Below are positions 59,409 through 64,000 of a stretch of DNA of 64,000 bases, piece by piece. Position 1 is the stretch's first letter. Every line of letters starts with the position of its first letter. Both the position numbers and the translations under genes were made by a program. The DNA is from an uncultured Verrucomicrobiae bacterium (GTDB lineage: Bacteria > Verrucomicrobiota > Verrucomicrobiia > Chthoniobacterales > JAFAMB01). The notes beneath the pieces are model-generated. The model had not been told where the DNA came from. It did no database searches and saw nothing but the letters and a program-made list of their open reading frames with translations. The stretch lies in contig CAVXLD010000012.1 in assembly GCA_963762565.1 (NCBI GenBank), forward strand, positions 448,001-512,000. Reading direction: 5' to 3'.

Positions 59409-59837
59409 ATAGACGTCTCAACCTGGCTTCATTTGCACGTCCACGCAGAGAGCCAGCACCCAGCGCCATCGTCCTCGTTCTCGTCGTCGTCCTCGTCCTC
59501 GACATCGCGTTGCTAGGTCCCTGGCGTGTGCGCCCCAACGGCTCGAACAGGGCCCCTGATCGCCTCGGGCTTGTGGTTCCAGTTGCCGAGGGGCTGCGCG
59601 TTTACAAAAGAATGTTTTTCACGGCAAACGCCACGAAGGCCTCAAAGATGTGAGACTGGAAATCCGTCTTTGCGGCCTTTGCTCGCCCTTTGCGAGAGTT
59701 CGCGCCGCCGTTACTCGCGGCTTGCGAATATCTGCTGGACAACACAGTGACTTTCGACGTAAAGATCGCCAAGTGATCGTCCGTCGATTCTGACGGGCGC
59801 TCGAGCATTCAAGCAATCCTTAGCGCCCGATCACGCT

Positions 59838-59876
59838 GGGCAGCTGCCACCCGAAAGTGCAGCTGCCCTTTTTTTT
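59838..59876 (+). terminator. Intrinsic terminator
   Basis: GGGCAGCTGC-loop-GCAGCTGCCC followed by T8. Confidence 0.7.
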
Positions 59877-60460
59877 GCGCTTTTTGTGCCTTCCGCCTTC
59901 GCCAAGCCTGCGGCGCGACAGGTTTTTGCGGCTATTAAAGGTTTTCCACCAATCACTAATCACCACTCACCAATCACGTTCTTCCTTTGCCTACACGCGG
60001 CGCAAAAGCCTCCTAACGACCGCCTCCAAGCAACACAGTAATACCAGGAGCAGTATCAAGAATGGCGCCAGGACACATCCAGCGCACCCGCACCCGGGAC
60101 GCCGGGAGGGCGAAGAGTCGATACGAATTCGAGGAGGTCTTCGGAAGCGTAATCCCACTGCCTAAAAACATAGTCCGATTGTTCCTTGGGGTAAACCACC
60201 GTTCACAAGGCTCTTCGTTCTCGTCCTCGTCCTTCCGCCTTCGCCGGTTCATCGCTGTGGAGCGCGCCTCGCTTGCGAGGCCGACATTGAGCGGGTGGCG
60301 ACATAGAGATTGGGCTACGGCGGACAGGCCGTCCTCGAATCCGGCCACGCGGAGTGCCTTCGGCATCTCCAACCCCGCGGCCGCGCGGTGCTTTTCGGAC
60401 TTCGCGCAGCACTCCTCACTCCATCACTCCATCGCTCCGCGTGGCCGGATTCGTTGAAGG

Positions 60461-60847
60461 CTATCTCGGCCCGGCGAGCCCGATCAAATGACCCTCTGGA
60501 TCCGTGAAGTGGCCGACGACGAGATCTGCCCCCGGGTTCTTTTCTGGGCCCATTCGGCGCGTCCCGCCGAGGCTCTCGGCTTTGCGGAGTGCAGCTTCGA
60601 CGTCGGGAACGCCGACGTAAAAGATCACGTAAGGGTCGTAGTCGACGCCTCCACCAACCCCACCCGGGATTCCTGTCCCATCACTGGTGGTGTTGCGGTT
60701 TACGAACCCGTAATTCCCCGGCTGGGAGATTGCTTTCGCGACCGGAGCGCTCGTGTCGAACTCCCATCCGAACAGATCGCCATAGTAACTCCGAAGCTTC
60801 CTGGCATCCTTCCCAATGATCTCAAAGTGCACAATTGGTTGTCCCAT
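60461..60847 (-). CDS. VOC/glyoxalase family protein
   Basis: IVHFEI; YYGDLFGW; VEAALRKAESLGG; FTDPEGHLIGL. Confidence 0.9.
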   Translation of the reverse strand: MGQPIVHFEIIGKDARKLRSYYGDLFGWEFDTSAPVAKAISQPGNYGFVNRNTTSDGTGIPGGVGGGVDYDPYVIFYVGVPDVEAALRKAESLGGTRRMGPEKNPGADLVVGHFTDPEGHLIGLAGPR

Positions 60848-61243
60848 AGTGAGTATCTCCTCTGTTTACTTGTTCGTTTGACCTCAACAAATACGACGAA
60901 CGAGCTGTCGTCATTAGGACTGCGCCGGCTTCAATCGTCCTCGTCCTCGTGCTCGAAAGAGTTGTTCGCGGCGCGCCGTGTGTTCAGCGGTCGGAGTTTT
61001 TGGGCCAAATCGGTCACGAGAGTCCTTCGCGCACGGTCAGAATCGAGCACGAGGACGAGCACGAGCACGATGGGAGGCCGCGTCCCCTGAACTCCTTGTA
61101 CTCCTTGAACTCCTGAACTCCTGAACTCCTTCCCCCCTTCCCCTGTACTGGTCGGAAATCGTGCATTCTGAATCTGTGCAGACCTCGCCCCTTGACGCTA
61201 ATCTGGGCGAAAGATCGGTCTTTAGTACGACCCGCGCCAATAG

Positions 61244-63706
61244 ATGAACACTCTATTTCAGGACCTTCGTTTCGGCTGGCGTATGCTGCGCAAAAAGCCT
61301 GCCTTTACCGCGGTGACCATCCTGACGCTAGCCCTGGGTATTGGAGCCACCACCGCCATTTTCAGCATCGTCAACGCCGTGTTGTTGCGTTCTCTTCCGT
61401 ACCGTGACCCTGACGGTTTGGTGAAAATCATGTTCAGCAACCTGGGCACTGGATTGCACGATGTTCCTTTCTCAGTGCCCGAGTTCGATGATTTGAAGAA
61501 CCGGGCAGGCGTATTTGCAGAAGTCAGCGCGGTTTGGCCGACCAGCACGAATTTGACTGGAGCTAAAGAACCGCAACGCCTTGAGGCGCTCGCGGTCAGT
61601 CCTAACTACTTTTCCATGTTAGGCGCGACCCCACAGATCGGACGATTATTTGGCCCCGAGGATTTTGCGATTGGTTTCGCTCCGGCAGTCGTGATCAGCG
61701 ACAGCCTGTGGCGCCGCTCCTATGGCGCTGACCCCAACGTTCTTGGACGGACCCTGCATCTTGACAACGATCCGTATACGATCGTCGGTGTACTTCCTCC
61801 CGGATTCCGGCATCCTGGACGGACGATTTCGAGGGACGTGGAAGTATGGGTCACGGCAGGATTCAGTGCCGATCCTTTCCCTCAACCGACCCGCAGTCTC
61901 CGGCTGTTGCCTGGTGCCATCGGACGGCTAAAACCTGGCCTCAGCCAAGAGCAAGCTCAGGCCAAGCTGACTGCCATGGCGATCCAACTACGCCATGAGT
62001 TTGCCAAGGATTATCCACTGCCGGACCAATGGACCATTGAGATCCAACCCTTGCAGCAGTCTCTGGTAGGGAATGTCCGGCTGATGCTTCTGGTAGTGAT
62101 GGGTGCGGTCATCCTAGTCGTTCTGATTGTGTCGTTGAACATTGCCAATCTCCTCTTGGCGCGCGCTTCCACCAGACAAGCAGAAATGGCAGTGCGGTTG
62201 GCTCTGGGGTCAACCCGGGCCCGCCTGATTCGCCAGATGCTGACCGAATCTATGATGCTGTCGCTCTGCGGAAGTGTAATCGGTATAGCCATCGCGGGGA
62301 TCGGCTTAGGTTTTATACTTCGATTAGTGCCCGCTAACATTCCCCGACTCAACGAAGTTAGCGTCGACTGGGTCGTGCTCGCGTTTGCCTTGCTGATCTC
62401 GATTCTTGCTAGTGTGGTCTTCGGCCTTGCCCCAGCCATTCAATCGACGAAGTCCGATTTGTTCTTGGCAATTCGAGAAGGGGCCCGTGGTTCTGGTGAC
62501 AGCACCAAGACCAGCCGGTTACGTGATGGCCTAATTGTGTCTCAATTAACGTTTGCCGTGGTTATGATGGTTGGGGCCGGCCTACTGCTACGCACCTTCT
62601 GGGAACTGTTGCAGGTAAATCCAGGCTTCAATCCAGCCCGAGTGGTCGCTGCCGGCATCTGGCTCCCAGTCCCGAACGATCCCAAGGCAGATGCCTATAA
62701 CGGACTTGCCCCGCAAACGGCTTTTGCTCGGGAGCTACTACGGCGCATGAGGGCGATTCCAGGAGTTGACCTCGCTGGAATAACCTCCGCTTTGCCCGCC
62801 GCCAGCCAGACCCGTAGCGTTGCCCTGGCCATCGAGGACCACCCGACCGAATCCGCCCAAGATTTGCGGACTGAGATGATCAGGGTAAGCCCGGATTACT
62901 TCAAGGTGATGCAGGCGCCGCTCGTCCAAGGGCGCTTTTTCACCGAAAACGACGAAAGTGGCAAACAACTCGTCGCGATCGTTGATGAAACCACCGCTCA
63001 CCGTTACTGGACGGGCCGCGACCCACTCGGCCGGCGCCTCCGATTAGGAGAAGATGCCAGCCTTCCCTGGATCACCGTTGTTGGCATCGTCAAAGACATC
63101 AAGCATGACGGGATGGATATCAGTGGAGTTCCTCACATCTATGTTCCTATCTATCAAACCCAAGGCAGAGTGCTGAGTGTCGTGTTGCGGACCTCTTTAC
63201 CATCGTCTTCTTTGGAGGCCGAAATTCGACAACGTATCCAGAGCATCGATCCGGGCTTACCGGTGTTTGCTGTTTCCTCCATGATAGAGGTAATCGACAC
63301 ATCGCTCGCTCCGCATCGGTTTTCCGCAGGTCTGGTGGGCGGATTTGCGGGGCTCGCGCTTCTCTTGGCTTCCATCGGGATTTACGGCTTGCTGAATTAT
63401 ATGGTGAGCCAGCGCTCTCGCGAAATCGGTCTCCGGATGACCTTGGGGGCTCGGCCAACCGACATTATCAAACTGATCCTAAAAAAAGGCGCAGCTCTTG
63501 CCGGCTTCGGTATTGTGGCTGGTATGCTCCTGGCTGCGTCTGGCGCCCCGATGCTAGCAAGTTTGCTCTACGGCGTTCATCCCTTCGACACAGCGGTGTT
63601 TCTGATGGTGCCGCTGGTTTTACTGGCGGTAGCCCTTCTGGCTAGTTACATTCCCGCCCGGCGCGCGGCTAAAGTCGATCCAATCATTGCCCTGCGGAAA
63701 GGATAA
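61244..63706 (+). CDS. ABC transporter permease, duplicated MacB/FtsX (ADOP type)
   Basis: QDLRFGWRML; LALGIGATTAIFS; REIGLRMTLGA; PARRAAKVDP. Confidence 0.93.
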   Translation: MNTLFQDLRFGWRMLRKKPAFTAVTILTLALGIGATTAIFSIVNAVLLRSLPYRDPDGLVKIMFSNLGTGLHDVPFSVPEFDDLKNRAGVFAEVSAVWPTSTNLTGAKEPQRLEALAVSPNYFSMLGATPQIGRLFGPEDFAIGFAPAVVISDSLWRRSYGADPNVLGRTLHLDNDPYTIVGVLPPGFRHPGRTISRDVEVWVTAGFSADPFPQPTRSLRLLPGAIGRLKPGLSQEQAQAKLTAMAIQLRHEFAKDYPLPDQWTIEIQPLQQSLVGNVRLMLLVVMGAVILVVLIVSLNIANLLLARASTRQAEMAVRLALGSTRARLIRQMLTESMMLSLCGSVIGIAIAGIGLGFILRLVPANIPRLNEVSVDWVVLAFALLISILASVVFGLAPAIQSTKSDLFLAIREGARGSGDSTKTSRLRDGLIVSQLTFAVVMMVGAGLLLRTFWELLQVNPGFNPARVVAAGIWLPVPNDPKADAYNGLAPQTAFARELLRRMRAIPGVDLAGITSALPAASQTRSVALAIEDHPTESAQDLRTEMIRVSPDYFKVMQAPLVQGRFFTENDESGKQLVAIVDETTAHRYWTGRDPLGRRLRLGEDASLPWITVVGIVKDIKHDGMDISGVPHIYVPIYQTQGRVLSVVLRTSLPSSSLEAEIRQRIQSIDPGLPVFAVSSMIEVIDTSLAPHRFSAGLVGGFAGLALLLASIGIYGLLNYMVSQRSREIGLRMTLGARPTDIIKLILKKGAALAGFGIVAGMLLAASGAPMLASLLYGVHPFDTAVFLMVPLVLLAVALLASYIPARRAAKVDPIIALRKG

Positions 63707-64000
63707 ATCACCAATCACGTTTCCTCGGCCACCGCTAGGGACTATGCGTCGCACCTCCTTTAGGCTCCGCTCTACCGCCAATCCATCTGCGTAAATCTGC
63801 CTCCATTTTACCCCGGAGAATTTCGGGGCTGCGGTTGAATTGCCTTCCCTTTGCGCCTTTGCGTGAGATTTTATTCGTGTCCATTCGCGGTCCGTTTTTG
63901 CGTTTCTTCGCGGCTGTTAAGGTTTTCCACCAATCACTAATCACCACTCACCAATCACGCTCTTCCTCTCTTTGCGTGAGAATCCTTCTGGCTTCAGCGA

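Noticed and set aside
59372..60457. Multiple short ORFs between the hemolysin III and VOC genes
   Set aside because: They are largely composed of repeat modules and show no family signatures.
1..64000. rRNA, tRNA, transposase, reverse transcriptase or recombinase genes
   Set aside because: No such motifs were recognised by eye in the sequence or the ORF track; a formal scan was not possible.

Overview
This is a 64-kb bacterial chromosomal window, GC-rich by eye and probably from a soil Verrucomicrobiota/Acidobacteriota-like organism (inferred from gene content; not verified). It carries about 50 mostly accessory or metabolic genes: two amidases, two Gfo/Idh/MocA oxidoreductases, a class III FBPase, VapBC and MazEF toxin-antitoxin pairs, a creD-creB-creC cluster, a triple-GAF kinase with a NarL-type regulator, HU, a partial hydroxyproline catabolic operon, TsaA, a PRISE-type SDR, a SLATT-like 2TM protein, a LacI regulator with a GH87-like glucanase, an XRE regulator with a conserved hypothetical gene, an RND pump and several transporters. 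I saw no rRNA, tRNA, CRISPR array, integrase or transposase. The most unusual content is non-coding. Most intergenic spaces are built from a shared set of short palindromic modules (22, 26/27, 30 and about 40 bp), 7-9-mer tandem tracts and MITE-like elements. Empty and filled versions of the same site both occur in the window. The modules nest inside each other, including three levels deep and in frame inside a membrane-protein gene, and they show compensatory base changes. Many single genes or operons are enclosed by mirror-symmetric, pair-specific inverted arms, and many stop codons are supplied by the repeats. The best candidate for an undescribed system is this nested palindromic repeat and gene-cassette architecture, whose mobilising enzyme is not encoded in the window.
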